Under the pieces are notes generated by a model, which searched no databases, was not told the origin of the DNA, and saw only the letters and a list, made by a program, of their open reading frames with translations. Made by a program: the position numbers and the translations under genes. Below are positions 53,487 through 64,000 of a DNA stretch of 64,000 nt, one piece after another; the stretch's first letter is position 1; each line of letters begins with the position of its first letter. Origin of the DNA: an uncultured Gammaproteobacteria bacterium (lineage in GTDB: Bacteria; Pseudomonadota; Gammaproteobacteria; UBA9214); the NCBI GenBank assembly GCA_963773065.1, contig CAVYZN010000009.1:32001-96000 (forward strand), read 5' to 3'.

Positions 53487-54761
53487 ATGGTTAAATCGGG
53501 AAAGAAAAATGCATTTTACGCCCAGTCCGGGGGCGTGACCGCCGTTATCAATGCCTCCGCCTGCGGGGTAATCGAAACGGCGCGCAAGCACAAGGACAGG
53601 ATCGGCAAGGTCTACGCCGGTCGTAACGGCATCATCGGCGCCCTTGAGGAAGACCTCATCGATACCAGCAAGGAATCGGCCCGCGCGATTGCCGCCCTGC
53701 GCCATACACCGTCCGGCGCGTTCGGTTCCTGCCGCTACAAGCTGAAGAGCCTGGAGGCGAACAAGCGTGAATACGAGCGTCTGATCGAAGTCTTCGAGGC
53801 ACACAACATCGGCTATTTCTTCTACAATGGCGGCGGTGACTCCGCCGACACCTGTCTGAAGGTCTCCCAGTTGTCCAAGAGCATGGGTTACCCGCTCCAG
53901 GCTATCCATGTTCCAAAGACCGTGGACAACGACCTGCCGATTACCGACAACTGCCCGGGCTTCGGCTCGGTGGCCAAGTACATCGCCATCTCCACGCGCG
54001 AGGCCAGTTTCGATGTCGCGTCGATGGCCAAGACCTCGACCAAGATTTTCGTCCTCGAGGTCATGGGCCGCCATGCCGGCTGGATTGCCGCCGCCGGCGG
54101 TTTGGCCGCCTCCGAGGACTGCGATCTGCCCATCGTCATCCTGTTCCCGGAAATTACCTTCGACCAGGAAGCTTTCCTGGGCAAGGTCAGGGAGAAGGTC
54201 AACCGCTACGGTTACTGCTCCATCGTCGTCTCCGAGGGGGTGCGTGACAAGGACGGCAAGTTCCTCGCCGACCAGGGACTCAAGGATGCCTTTGGCCATG
54301 CCCAGCTCGGCGGCGTGGCGCCGGTCATCGCCAATCTGCTCCGGGAAAAGCTGGGATATAAATTCCACTGGGCGGTGGCGGATTACCTGCAGCGCGCCGC
54401 ACGCCATATCGCCTCGAAATCCGATGTCGAGCAGGCCTATGCCATGGGCAAGGCCGCCGTCGAACTGGCGCTGGCCGGAAGGAATTCCGTCATGCCGACC
54501 ATCGAACGCCTCTCCAACACGCCGTATCGCTGGAAGGTTGGCGAGGCGGATTTGTCCCGCGTGGCCAACGTCGAAAAGATGATGCCGAAGAATTTCATCA
54601 CCCGGGATGGTTTCGGCATCACCCAAAAATGCCGTGACTACCTGGAGCCACTGATCCAGGGTGAAGACTACCCGCCCTACAAGACCGGCATGCCGCAATA
54701 CGTTCAGCTCAAGAATGTGCCGGTCGCCAAGCGGCTGGACAAGGATTTCGAAGTCAAGTAA
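53487..54761 (+). CDS. pfp: 6-phosphofructokinase, PPi-dependent type
   Basis: AQSGG, YNGGGDS (Asp marks PPi type), PKTVDND, EVMGR. Confidence 0.9.
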   Translation: MVKSGKKNAFYAQSGGVTAVINASACGVIETARKHKDRIGKVYAGRNGIIGALEEDLIDTSKESARAIAALRHTPSGAFGSCRYKLKSLEANKREYERLIEVFEAHNIGYFFYNGGGDSADTCLKVSQLSKSMGYPLQAIHVPKTVDNDLPITDNCPGFGSVAKYIAISTREASFDVASMAKTSTKIFVLEVMGRHAGWIAAAGGLAASEDCDLPIVILFPEITFDQEAFLGKVREKVNRYGYCSIVVSEGVRDKDGKFLADQGLKDAFGHAQLGGVAPVIANLLREKLGYKFHWAVADYLQRAARHIASKSDVEQAYAMGKAAVELALAGRNSVMPTIERLSNTPYRWKVGEADLSRVANVEKMMPKNFITRDGFGITQKCRDYLEPLIQGEDYPPYKTGMPQYVQLKNVPVAKRLDKDFEVK

Positions 54762-54789
54762 CCAGCGTTTCCGCGGTGGATGACGTGTC

Positions 54790-54987
54790 ATGACTCTTGA
54801 GAAAGCGCGCGAATTACTGGCGGTCCAGGCGGATATGGGCGGCGGCTATAACCGTAACGCCGCCCGGCTGATCCTGGCAGAGGTGCGGCGTGAGCATGGC
54901 CAGGACGCCGTCGACGCCTTTATTCGGGAATTTGATCTGGAACAACTGTTCGGATTCAAGGCCGGTACACAATTCACGGCGCCCTGA
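54790..54987 (+). CDS. small hypothetical protein
   Basis: [10 protein letters not shown]...GGGYNRN; codon-like composition; lies between pfp and hppA. Confidence 0.7.
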   Translation: MTLEKARELLAVQADMGGGYNRNAARLILAEVRREHGQDAVDAFIREFDLEQLFGFKAGTQFTAP

Positions 54988-55033
54988 TTCCAGGCGGGCG
55001 CGAAAACAAACATTCAATCTAAGGAGAAAACCA

Positions 55034-57058
55034 ATGTCGATCGAACTCATCTTCGCCCTTGCCTGCGCCTTTGTCGCATTGGGCTATGGCGCGGTATCCG
55101 TCAAGTGGATTCTCGCCAAGCCGGCGGGCACTCCCCGCATGCAGGAAATCGCCAGCGCAATTCAGGAAGGCGCCCAGGCCTACCTCAACCGGCAGTACAC
55201 CACCATCGGCATGGCGGGTGTCGTGCTGCTGGTCATTATCGGCATTTTCATCAACTGGACTACCGCCATCGGTTTCGCCATCGGTGCGGTCTTATCGGGC
55301 TTGACCGGTTACATCGGCATGAACATCTCGGTGCGTTCCAATGTGCGCACCGCGCAGGCGGCCAACGGTGGGTTGAATGCCGCCCTGCAGATCGCCTTTC
55401 GCGGCGGCGCCATCACCGGAATGCTGGTGGTCGGTCTGGGCCTGCTCGGCGTCGCGGGCTTCTATGCGACCATGCTGGCCATGGGCGTCGAGGATCCGCT
55501 GCATCCGCTGATCGGCCTTGCCTTCGGCGGCTCGCTCATCTCCATCTTCGCCCGTCTCGGCGGCGGCATCTTCACCAAGGGCGCCGATGTCGGCGCGGAT
55601 ATTGTCGGCAAGGTCGAGGCCGGCATCCCTGAGGACGATCCGCGCAACCCGGCGGTTATCGCGGACAACGTCGGCGACAACGTCGGCGACTGCGCCGGCA
55701 TGGCCGCCGACCTGTTCGAGACCTACGCCGTGACCGTGGTGGCCACCATGCTGCTGGGCGGCCTGCTGCTGGGCACCACGCAGGCGGCTCTGTATCCGCT
55801 GGTGCTGGGCGGCGTTTCCATCATCGCCTCGATCATCGGCACCTTCTTCGTCAAGGCCAGGGAGGGCGGCAAGATCATGAATGCCCTGTACCGCGGCCTG
55901 ATTGTCGCCGGCGTACTGGCGGCGATCGCCTTCTACCCGGTTACCACCTGGATCATGGGCGACAGCATCCTGCTCGATGGCGCAGAAATCAGTACCCGCT
56001 TTCTCTATTACTGCGGCTTGATCGGCCTGGCGTTGACCGCGGCCATGGTGGTGATCACGGAATACTACACCGCCACGCAATTCGGCCCGGTGCGCCACAT
56101 CGCCGAGGCATCCACCACCGGCGACGGGACCAATGTCATCGCCGGCTTGGGCGTCTCCATGAAGGCCACCGCTATGCCCGTGCTGGCCATCTGCGCCAGC
56201 ATCTGGGGCGCCCATGAACTGGCCGGCCTGTACGGCATCGCCGTCGCGGCCACCGCCATGTTGTCCATGACCGGTATCATCGTTGCGCTGGATGCCTACG
56301 GCCCGATCACCGACAACGCCGGCGGCATCGCCGAGATGGCCCACCTGGACCAGAAGATCCGCAACATCACCGACCCGCTGGATGCGGTGGGCAACACCAC
56401 CAAGGCGGTGACCAAGGGCTACGCCATCGGCTCGGCCGGCCTGGCCGCGCTGGTGCTGTTCGCCGACTACACCCACGCCCTCCAGAAACACTCGGATACG
56501 CCGCTCAACTTCTCGCTCGACAACCACATGGTGCTGATCGGCCTGTTCATCGGCGGTCTGGTGCCCTACCTGTTCGGCTCCATGGCCATGGAGGCGGTCG
56601 GCCGGGCCGCCGGCGGCATCGTCAACGAGGTGCGCCGCCAGTTCCGGGAAATGCCGGGCATCATGAACCACACCCAGAAGCCGGACTACTCCAGGGCCGT
56701 CGACATGCTGACCAAGGCCGCCATCAAGGAGATGGTCATCCCCTCGCTGCTGCCGGTGCTGGTCCCGGTGATCGTCGGTCTGGTGCTGGGCAAGGAGGCG
56801 CTCGGCGGGCTGCTGATCGGCACCATCGTGACCGGCCTGTTCGTGGCCATCTCCATGACCACGGGCGGCGGCGCCTGGGACAATGCCAAGAAGTACATCG
56901 AGGATGGCCACCACGGCGGCAAGGGTTCGGATGCCCACAAGGCGGCGGTCACCGGTGATACCGTCGGCGATCCCTACAAGGACACAGCGGGACCGGCGAT
57001 CAACCCCTTGATCAAGATCATCAACATCGTGGCGCTTCTGATCGTGCCGTTGTTGTAG
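55034..57058 (+). CDS. hppA: membrane H+-translocating pyrophosphatase (K+-independent signature)
   Basis: [35 protein letters not shown] (Lys), [10 protein letters not shown]; strong SD AAGGAG. Confidence 0.96.
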   Translation: MSIELIFALACAFVALGYGAVSVKWILAKPAGTPRMQEIASAIQEGAQAYLNRQYTTIGMAGVVLLVIIGIFINWTTAIGFAIGAVLSGLTGYIGMNISVRSNVRTAQAANGGLNAALQIAFRGGAITGMLVVGLGLLGVAGFYATMLAMGVEDPLHPLIGLAFGGSLISIFARLGGGIFTKGADVGADIVGKVEAGIPEDDPRNPAVIADNVGDNVGDCAGMAADLFETYAVTVVATMLLGGLLLGTTQAALYPLVLGGVSIIASIIGTFFVKAREGGKIMNALYRGLIVAGVLAAIAFYPVTTWIMGDSILLDGAEISTRFLYYCGLIGLALTAAMVVITEYYTATQFGPVRHIAEASTTGDGTNVIAGLGVSMKATAMPVLAICASIWGAHELAGLYGIAVAATAMLSMTGIIVALDAYGPITDNAGGIAEMAHLDQKIRNITDPLDAVGNTTKAVTKGYAIGSAGLAALVLFADYTHALQKHSDTPLNFSLDNHMVLIGLFIGGLVPYLFGSMAMEAVGRAAGGIVNEVRRQFREMPGIMNHTQKPDYSRAVDMLTKAAIKEMVIPSLLPVLVPVIVGLVLGKEALGGLLIGTIVTGLFVAISMTTGGGAWDNAKKYIEDGHHGGKGSDAHKAAVTGDTVGDPYKDTAGPAINPLIKIINIVALLIVPLL

Positions 57059-57073
57059 AGGTTCCGAAGCCGA

Positions 57074-57101
57074 CGGACCCGATGCGCCGGCATCGGGTCC
57101 G
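57074..57101. terminator. 12 bp hairpin after hppA
   Basis: CGGACCCGATGC-GCCG-GCATCGGGTCCG; no T-tract. Confidence 0.5.
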
Positions 57102-57125
57102 CCCGCGATTACCCTGGTAAAGCCA

Positions 57126-57215
57126 GTGAGATGTGAAAAGTGAGAAGTGAGAGGTGAGAAGTGAGAAAATTACCGGAGAGCAGTCATGTTCCCATCACTT
57201 TTCACTTTTCACTTC
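57126..57215. repeat. inverted 7-mer tandem arrays (GTGAGAA x6 / TCACTTT x3)
   Basis: Six imperfect GTGARAN units at 57126-57167 face three TCACTTY units at 57195-57215. Confidence 0.9.
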
Positions 57216-57257
57216 TGTAATTTCTTTCCTTGCAGCGCCTGAACAGCCGTATTTCCT

Positions 57258-57797
57258 ATGAAAATCTGCATCGTCTCCGACAGTCATGACAACCGCCACC
57301 TGCTGGAAACGGCAGTCCGCGAGGGGCAGGCGGCCGGCGCACAGGCGGTTCTGCACTGCGGCGACGTGGTCGCACCCGGAACGCTGGAAGTACTGAGACC
57401 CTTCGATCTGCCGGTCCATGTCATACACGGCAACAACACCGGCGATCTCTACATGATGGCGCGCATTGCCTCCGGTCCCGCCAGCCGCGTGCATTACCAT
57501 GGCCAGGATGCCGGCATCGATCTGGCCGGCCGGCGCATCTTCCTGGTCCACTACCCGCATTACGCCGCGGCCATGGCAACCACGGGCGACTGGGATCTCG
57601 TATGCTGCGGACACGACCACAAGGCGGATATCCGGCTCATCAACAACATGGCCGGCGGACAGACCATTCTGGTCAACCCAGGCACGGTGGGCGGCATCAA
57701 AGCGCCGGCCACCTACGTCCTGGGCAATCTCGAGACGATGGAGTTTTCCATCCGCGAAATCGCATTAACATACCGGCGCGAAGGCACCGCCGGCTGA
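57258..57797 (+). CDS. YfcE-family metallophosphoesterase
   Basis: SDSHDN, HCGD, HGNN, GHDH, NPG. Confidence 0.9.
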   Translation: MKICIVSDSHDNRHLLETAVREGQAAGAQAVLHCGDVVAPGTLEVLRPFDLPVHVIHGNNTGDLYMMARIASGPASRVHYHGQDAGIDLAGRRIFLVHYPHYAAAMATTGDWDLVCCGHDHKADIRLINNMAGGQTILVNPGTVGGIKAPATYVLGNLETMEFSIREIALTYRREGTAG

Positions 57798-57818
57798 CTG
57801 GAACAAGGCAGATATCCC

Positions 57819-58529
57819 GTGAAGAAGACCAGCCCCGATCAAATGGTCATCGGCGACAAGAGTGGCATTGATCTGGCCGAATCGAGACCCTCGCTGCAGG
57901 CGTTGCTCAAGGAGCATGAGCGACGCCTGCAGGCCCTGCCCGTCGACTGCGACCCGGTTGAACGCGCACGCGTCCAGCTTGATATCGCGGAAACCCTGTT
58001 GGCGCTGCAGAAACGCAAGGAAAGCTGGGACATTGCGCGCGCGGCCTTCGATGTGTTCGCCTCGGCGGAGGCCTGGCAGGATGCCATCGAGGCCTGTGAT
58101 GTCCTGTTCCAGTGTGACCAGGAACACTCCCTGGCCGCGCTCGGCAACGGCGTCTGGCTGGCGGTGACCTTTCCGGTACCCGCCCACCTCACCGTGGCCA
58201 TGCTGCAGCATATCGTCGACGAGACCCCGGATGTATCGGACGGCGCCGCCGTGGCCGCGATGGCGGCGCATTACATCGCCGATCTGCGCACCGAAGGTGA
58301 GGAACATGACAGCCTGACCTTCTTCACCAATCAGCTGGTGGCCGGGGTCGCGAAACGCCACCGCGGCATCGAGTATGACCCCGGGATGATAAAGATGTGG
58401 ATCGAGATTCTGGGGCTGAATGACGTCAAGGAACTGCTGTCGCGTCTTGCGCTCATGCTGGATGCGATCACCGGTGGCGACTGGTGGGTCGACCGGGATG
58501 CATTGCGTGCGCGGCTGCCGGTTAACTAG
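57819..58529 (+). CDS. alpha-helical hypothetical protein
   Basis: 236 aa ORF with host-like codon usage, co-oriented with its neighbours. Confidence 0.7.
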   Translation: MKKTSPDQMVIGDKSGIDLAESRPSLQALLKEHERRLQALPVDCDPVERARVQLDIAETLLALQKRKESWDIARAAFDVFASAEAWQDAIEACDVLFQCDQEHSLAALGNGVWLAVTFPVPAHLTVAMLQHIVDETPDVSDGAAVAAMAAHYIADLRTEGEEHDSLTFFTNQLVAGVAKRHRGIEYDPGMIKMWIEILGLNDVKELLSRLALMLDAITGGDWWVDRDALRARLPVN

Positions 58530-58749
58530 CAATGGTGGGGTTGTGTTAATCGGCTACTGGCGATGACCAGCCGATGCCTGTCAATGGTTGTGTGATTTTC
58601 TCAAAATACCCTCTGGGGTGGTACGGATCGAAGAATTCGTGTCGCGCTGGTGCGCGGGTGGGACGTCCTACCATGGCGTTCAAGCGCGTGAAATTCCACC
58701 TGTGCTGCTGCCGTAACCTAGTCTCATAAGGCTGCTGTTCCTCGTTGGC

Positions 58750-59982
58750 CTAGCCGATTGTTCGCACAACCGTTTTGCCAAGGTATGCAGCCTTTTTATC
58801 TGAGTCCGATGAGCAATGCGGGTTAGATGCGTCAGGCAGGAAATTACTGCCTTCCATGATACGTCGGGCCGTGCGCAGTACACTGGCGCGCTCAATCACC
58901 ACCGCGTCTGCCTTGCGGGACCACTTGACGGTGCATTCAATGATGCCCGTGGGATGACCGATCCGCAATCGACCGACAGCAGGATCGAATTTATCTCCGA
59001 CCAGCTGGTTTACGATCGAGCCAGGCACTACTGCAGCCGAGGTCGTAGCTATCGCGCCAGTGACCGCGTATGCCTTGTGGAAACTCTGGCTGGAAATAAT
59101 TCTACTTAGCAGATCGATGTCACTGGCGGCGACCGGCAGGTTTTTGCCTTCGGTGAGGTAATCCATCGGTGGACCGACAAAGGCCAGCTTGGGTACAGCC
59201 GGCGTCTCGTCTTTCGCATTGTCCGGACTGGACGCCAAGCCGGTCAGAACGGCAGCCTGGCCTCGCAGGGACTCAAACGTGGCCATGAGATTTGCATCAC
59301 CTGCCACCTCCTTACTCGTGGCGGTAGCCTGGAGACCCATCTCGGTCGCAGACACAAAAACGTACTGAGCGCCCGAATCGATAATTGTTGCCCGAATGCT
59401 TCGCCCGTCGGGCATCTCAAGGTGGTCAATGACGTTCCCGGTGGGTAGCAGGCCGTTGCCAGCCGTTCCCGCAGGATCGAGGAACGCCAGTTTCACAAGA
59501 TCGCCCGTCGCAGGCATTCCGCTGATCTGGGCGAAGCGGGTATCGCCACTGATATCGCGCGGGTCTAGGCGGGCTTCCACGGTGGTGCCCGAATCAGGGT
59601 TGTAGATTCGCACCATATCTGGCGAGCCACCCAGCAGACCCTCCTGCCAGGCGAAAAGGGCCACCGCCGAAATCAGATTGCCACAATTGGCTCCGTATTT
59701 AATCGTCCTGCTGCCCGGAGTGATGCTGCCAAAACTGCATTCCACGTCAGCATCCGGTCGCTCCGAGGGCCAGACTATGCTGACCTTGCTGAGCAATAGA
59801 TCGGCGCCACCAATACCATCCACCTGCCGCGGGTCGGGCCCACCCACGACGGCCATCAAAATGCGGTCGCGCTTCTCCGGATCGGCCGGCAGATCATCGG
59901 CGTTAAAGAACACACCACGTGTCGTTCCACCGCGCATCACTACGCACCTGATTCTCTTCAACCCATCCGTGTTTCGACTCAT
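58750..59982 (-). CDS. PrpF/FldA-family isomerase
   Basis: MRGGTTRGVFF, RQVDGIGG, NCGNLIS, HKAYAVTG, IGHPTG, RTARRIMEG. Confidence 0.9.
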   Translation of the reverse strand: MSRNTDGLKRIRCVVMRGGTTRGVFFNADDLPADPEKRDRILMAVVGGPDPRQVDGIGGADLLLSKVSIVWPSERPDADVECSFGSITPGSRTIKYGANCGNLISAVALFAWQEGLLGGSPDMVRIYNPDSGTTVEARLDPRDISGDTRFAQISGMPATGDLVKLAFLDPAGTAGNGLLPTGNVIDHLEMPDGRSIRATIIDSGAQYVFVSATEMGLQATATSKEVAGDANLMATFESLRGQAAVLTGLASSPDNAKDETPAVPKLAFVGPPMDYLTEGKNLPVAASDIDLLSRIISSQSFHKAYAVTGAIATTSAAVVPGSIVNQLVGDKFDPAVGRLRIGHPTGIIECTVKWSRKADAVVIERASVLRTARRIMEGSNFLPDASNPHCSSDSDKKAAYLGKTVVRTIG

Positions 59983-61265
59983 GTTTCTTCACCCTTAGGC
60001 TGAATGCGATGCATAATCCTGTGCCGGGCATGACGATAAGGCCAACTGAACAGCCTGCGGACCAATGGCAACAGCGCCAGTACGCCGGGGCGAAGGTCAT
60101 CCCAGGCCCATTCGGCCACGACAATCCGGCCGTGAAATATACGCAACCATTCCCGCAAGCCCAGTTGGCCTTCCCTGATGAGATCCAAGGCGGCCTGGGT
60201 TTCATCTCGAAGATGGATCCACCGCATTGGGACTATATAATCAAAGACCGGTGCCGGGCGGTTCGGGGAAGTCATGTCTTGATAGGCAATCCAGGGCAAG
60301 TCGACTCCGGCAGCGATAGCCACGCCCGTTGTCCGAACGGCCCGGGCATTGATCTCGATAAGCTTGGGTTGTCCATCGCGGGGGTCGCGTTTGAATTCCA
60401 CGCAGCCGATTCCCCGGTAGTTCAATACTTTTAACAGCCGGATGGATAACTCCATGATCTCAGGATCGATTACGGTTTCAGTCAGGCAGCAATAGCCAAA
60501 CCCTGGAGGATATTGTCGCAGTTTTTTGCGGACGCATCCTGCCAAGGGCGTTCCGTCCTGACTGAAATAACCCAGGAAGGTTAATAATCGTTCGTCGCCG
60601 CCAGGAATAATTTCCTGGATCATCATGTCTGGCGCAAGCGGTGCAACCTTGCGGTATAGTTCCGCCAGTTCATCTGGCCCCGTCACAGTGACTGCTTTAG
60701 CCGGTCCGATAGCGGCGATGACTTCTGGACGTTTCCAGTGTTGGGAAGTCAACGGCTTAACAACAGCCGGGTAAGTCAGGGAACGCGCGATGCGGTCTGT
60801 CTCCGCTTGAGATGTAGGAAAGTAGGTTTCGGGTATGGGGATATCTGCTTGACGAGCGCACTCGAGTAGCCGCTGTTTGTTTTGAATTTCTCTGACACAT
60901 GACCACGGTGGACAAGTCAGTGCGAAATATGGACGTAGTTGCCCTTCATTGCGGGCGATAAACTGAGTGGCGCCATCCGAAGCGGGGAACAGTACCGGTT
61001 TGACCTGTTTCGAATTGGAAAATGCGATCAAGGCATCGATCAGGCCGGATTCATCATCGTATAGGTTCGGACAGGTAACATGGATGCAATATCGAGAGTC
61101 AAGATCCACAAGAGACCGATCTGGATGAAAGCGGTAAACTTGCACGCCATTGCGACCGAGGCTCCGGGTCAGAGCCAGAGCGATCTCGTTCATCGACTTG
61201 GTCTTGTTAGTCCCTAAGTTTCCGCTTAATACCACTGCGGATGGGTGATCAACCTGTGAATTCAT
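59979..61265 (-). CDS. ATP-grasp carboxylate-amine ligase (D-Asp ligase-like)
   Basis: RSLGR.GV, LFPASD, YPAVVKP, IQEIIPG, VEFKRDPRDG..KLIEINAR. Confidence 0.88.
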   Translation of the reverse strand: MNSQVDHPSAVVLSGNLGTNKTKSMNEIALALTRSLGRNGVQVYRFHPDRSLVDLDSRYCIHVTCPNLYDDESGLIDALIAFSNSKQVKPVLFPASDGATQFIARNEGQLRPYFALTCPPWSCVREIQNKQRLLECARQADIPIPETYFPTSQAETDRIARSLTYPAVVKPLTSQHWKRPEVIAAIGPAKAVTVTGPDELAELYRKVAPLAPDMMIQEIIPGGDERLLTFLGYFSQDGTPLAGCVRKKLRQYPPGFGYCCLTETVIDPEIMELSIRLLKVLNYRGIGCVEFKRDPRDGQPKLIEINARAVRTTGVAIAAGVDLPWIAYQDMTSPNRPAPVFDYIVPMRWIHLRDETQAALDLIREGQLGLREWLRIFHGRIVVAEWAWDDLRPGVLALLPLVRRLFSWPYRHARHRIMHRIQPKGEET

Positions 61266-61724
61266 CTGGTTTATCTGCAGTTATACGGATTCACATGGAA
61301 GGGGAATCAACACACCGGCATTAGAGCGGCTGCGAGGATCAGTCATTAGTTTAATACTCCGTGCATTAAAACACTATTAACGCACTTATGGTAATCTTAA
61401 CTCAAGCGTAATGCGCTTCGCAAAAAATTTATTTATAAACGTATCGAGGTAAGGTTCATGCTGCATGAGTACCGTATAACTAAGGCTCATGTAGACAAAC
61501 AGTGGTCTGAGGGTGATCTATGCGATCTTGTACCTTATTACGTTGAAACCACTCGGTGATCGACTAAGAAAAAAGGTAAGGAGTATTTCCAATTGGCTAT
61601 GGATGGGTTGATACTCCGGTGGGAGAGGGGATACCTGGAGTCAGCGTTTCTGTAAACCCTGTGCATCGTTATCGATCCTGACTTATGTGATTTCACCAGC
61701 AATCTGCATCGTCGTTGAATTCTA

Positions 61725-62876
61725 ATGTACGAGGACTACACATTTCCACGAACACTTATTGTTGATCTTTCGATGCAATATGGTGGATCAAGTTCCCGTG
61801 TATTGTCTTTGCTGAAGCACATTCCTTCTTCTCATATCGCACTGGCGGGACTTGATCAAGGTGCAATTACCCAATGTGCGCGGTCTCTTGGTTATAAAGT
61901 CCATATTGTAGGCGCAAGAAGGTTTGATCCAAGTATCATTCTTAGTCTCGTTCGCCTGGTTCGCGATGAGGGCTACCAGGTTTTAGATACCCAGAATATT
62001 CAGTCAAAGATGTGGGGTAGCCTTGCTGCAGGACTGACGGGAACCGCCTTGGTATCGACAATTCATAGTTGGTATGTAGCCGAGCATGGAGAAAGTTGGA
62101 AGGGACGCATTTATCAGCTTGTTGAAACTACCTCTAATCGTAACCTCGATCTCTACATTACCGTGTCATCAGATAGTCGTACGTGGCTGCTGGATTCCGG
62201 TATCTCAGAAGAAATGGTTTGTCAGATACTGAATACAATAGATATTAATCCTGCGGCGATTAATGGGGATGCTGGGTGGTTGAGACGAACGCATGACCTG
62301 CCTGATGATGCTACTGTCTGTTGCGCAGTTGGGCGTTTGGTATGGGCAAAAGGTTATGTAGAACTAATTGATGCTTTCTCCCTGATTGCGACAAAGTATT
62401 CCAATCTTTATTGCCTGATTGTTGGTGAAGGTCAGCTACGCCAGGAGTTAGAAAAGCGGATTGCTAAAAAAGGCCTGCAAGACAGGATTCGATTATTGGG
62501 TTTTCGTAAGCATGATGATGTGCTGTCTATTGTAAAAGCCAGTGATTTCTTTGTAATGCCGTCACGATCAGAGGGGACACCGATAGCGTTATTGGAGGCA
62601 GCGGCTCTTGCTCGGCCATTACTGGCTTCCCGAGTTGGCGGCATACCGGAGTTGGTTGCCGATGGTGAACAGGCGATACTGGTATCACCGGGTGACCCGA
62701 TTGCCCTAGCCGCTGGGCTATCACGTCTTTGCGATGAATCGGAATTTGCGATGGAACTTGGCAGGCAGGCACAACATAGGATACAGCAGGAATTTGGTGT
62801 CAAGTCTCTAATTGAAGCGACTGCCAGGGCCTATCAAAAGGCCTGGGCACATAATCGTGAGAGATTATTGCGCTAG
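61725..62876 (+). CDS. glycosyltransferase family 4
   Basis: VGRL..AKG, PSRSEGTPIALLEA, SRVGGIPE. Confidence 0.92.
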   Translation: MYEDYTFPRTLIVDLSMQYGGSSSRVLSLLKHIPSSHIALAGLDQGAITQCARSLGYKVHIVGARRFDPSIILSLVRLVRDEGYQVLDTQNIQSKMWGSLAAGLTGTALVSTIHSWYVAEHGESWKGRIYQLVETTSNRNLDLYITVSSDSRTWLLDSGISEEMVCQILNTIDINPAAINGDAGWLRRTHDLPDDATVCCAVGRLVWAKGYVELIDAFSLIATKYSNLYCLIVGEGQLRQELEKRIAKKGLQDRIRLLGFRKHDDVLSIVKASDFFVMPSRSEGTPIALLEAAALARPLLASRVGGIPELVADGEQAILVSPGDPIALAAGLSRLCDESEFAMELGRQAQHRIQQEFGVKSLIEATARAYQKAWAHNRERLLR

Positions 62877-63042
62877 TATGTGAATGATGATTTGCATGGC
62901 TTGATGCATTGGGGAAGGGCATCCAATGAGTTTTGCGTTGTTGTAATGTACCACTTAATTTCCGCAAGTACCGTTCTCCGCTATGCGGAATAGATTAGCG
63001 TGCAATTGCACTCTGTTCCATTTGACTGGAATCCTGATCTGA

Positions 63043-64000
63043 TTATCCGCGTGCGTGTAACAGCTCTCGATAAACATCGCCAAGGTGCCGCGCTTGTTTT
63101 TGTATGTCAAATCTTGATGCAGCAATAGTTTGTCCCTCCATCCCCATCTTTTGCGCCTCCTTTTTATTTTTTAGCAATCGTATGCATGCTGTTGCCAATT
63201 TCTCGGGGTTTTTGGGTGGTATGAGAATCCCGTTAGTTTGATCCTGTACCATTTCTGGAATTCCGCCTACTGTGCTTGCAATGATGGGCAAGCCGGTAGT
63301 CATTGCTTCCGCAAGAACTGTGGGAAGGGCTTCAGTTAATGAGGGTAATACAAATACATCACTTATAGACAACAAATCTGGTATGGCTTCCCGATAACCC
63401 GCGAAGACTACCCGGTTAGATATATTTAAATTGGCTGTTAATTGCTCGAGTGCGCCTCGGTAGTTGCCATCCCCTACGATCAGGTAATACGCTTCAGGAA
63501 CTTCTTTTAAGATAGTCGGCATAGCCTCAAGCATAAATTGTATGCCTTTGGGCTCCCGCAGCACCGCCACTGTGAGTAAAAGTGGCGCATTCAGGGGAAT
63601 CCCCAGATCCTTGCGTAACAAATCGTTTTTCTCTATGCCAGGATTCCTGAAGTGACTCTGATCGATCCCATTGTACAGTGTGATTACTTTTTCTGGCGCA
63701 ACTTTGCTGATAGCCAGGTGATGTTTACGTAATTCCTCGGAAACGGTAATAACCCGATCGCAGAAATATCGGAGAGACCATAACATCACTTTCATCCTGC
63801 GATAGGACTTAGAGCCTTTGACAGGATCATCTATGGTGTGTAGCGTGCATAAGCTGGGCAGGCATAATAGCTTGGCGGCAATATTCCCAAGCGTGTTGGA
63901 GAAATCAAGTTGGGTATGAACCAAAGCTGTTTTATGCGAGCGGAGGTAATGCACCAAACGTGGAATTGCCGTCAAGTCACGTAAATTCCTTACGGGTACC
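63043..64000 (-). CDS. glycosyltransferase family 4 (5' end beyond window)
   Basis: LYNGID, LREPKG, PSLTEALPTVLAEAM, STVGGIPE. Confidence 0.92.
   Translation of the reverse strand, partial: VPVRNLRDLTAIPRLVHYLRSHKTALVHTQLDFSNTLGNIAAKLLCLPSLCTLHTIDDPVKGSKSYRRMKVMLWSLRYFCDRVITVSEELRKHHLAISKVAPEKVITLYNGIDQSHFRNPGIEKNDLLRKDLGIPLNAPLLLTVAVLREPKGIQFMLEAMPTILKEVPEAYYLIVGDGNYRGALEQLTANLNISNRVVFAGYREAIPDLLSISDVFVLPSLTEALPTVLAEAMTTGLPIIASTVGGIPEMVQDQTNGILIPPKNPEKLATACIRLLKNKKEAQKMGMEGQTIAASRFDIQKQARHLGDVYRELLHARG

Overview
GC-rich gammaproteobacterial chromosome segment (Chromatiales/Thiogranum-like by gene content; inference). (1) 1-5.3 kb: right end of a mosaic genomic island at tRNA-Pro(CGG), with a tyrosine integrase, FadL and Mth938-like genes separated by modular 130-210 bp repeats, IS1182 and GST fragments, and a tmRNA-3'-like remnant. 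(2) 5.4-18.3 kb: core block ispB, rplU-rpmA, obgE-proB, rpsT, murJ-ribF-ileS-lspA-fkpB-ispH. It is interrupted by a GxxExxY nuclease-fold gene bracketed by inverted CGCARAG-repeat arms, and by a gene-less copy of the same element. (3) 18.3-31.8 kb: type IV minor pilin operon (fimT-pilVWX-pilY1-pilE), thiO, Fur-family gene, tRNA-Thr, a third repeat element, typA, a second fimT, nadC, FKBP. (4) 32.9-40.5 kb: PilZ-TM-SPOR gene, uspA, a lipoprotein, moxR-DUF58-tgpA. (5) 41-49.7 kb: lower-GC Wzy-type EPS cluster with a sulfotransferase. (6) 49.8-58.5 kb: mpl, adk with a basic tail, PPi-PFK, H+-PPase, a 7-mer inverted-repeat element. (7) 58.7-64 kb: PrpF-like, ATP-grasp and two GT4 genes. Many single-base frameshifts, including one in essential ileS, point to an unpolished long-read assembly. 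The best candidates for an undescribed system are the GxxExxY/inverted-repeat element family and the repeat-delimited cassette array in the island.
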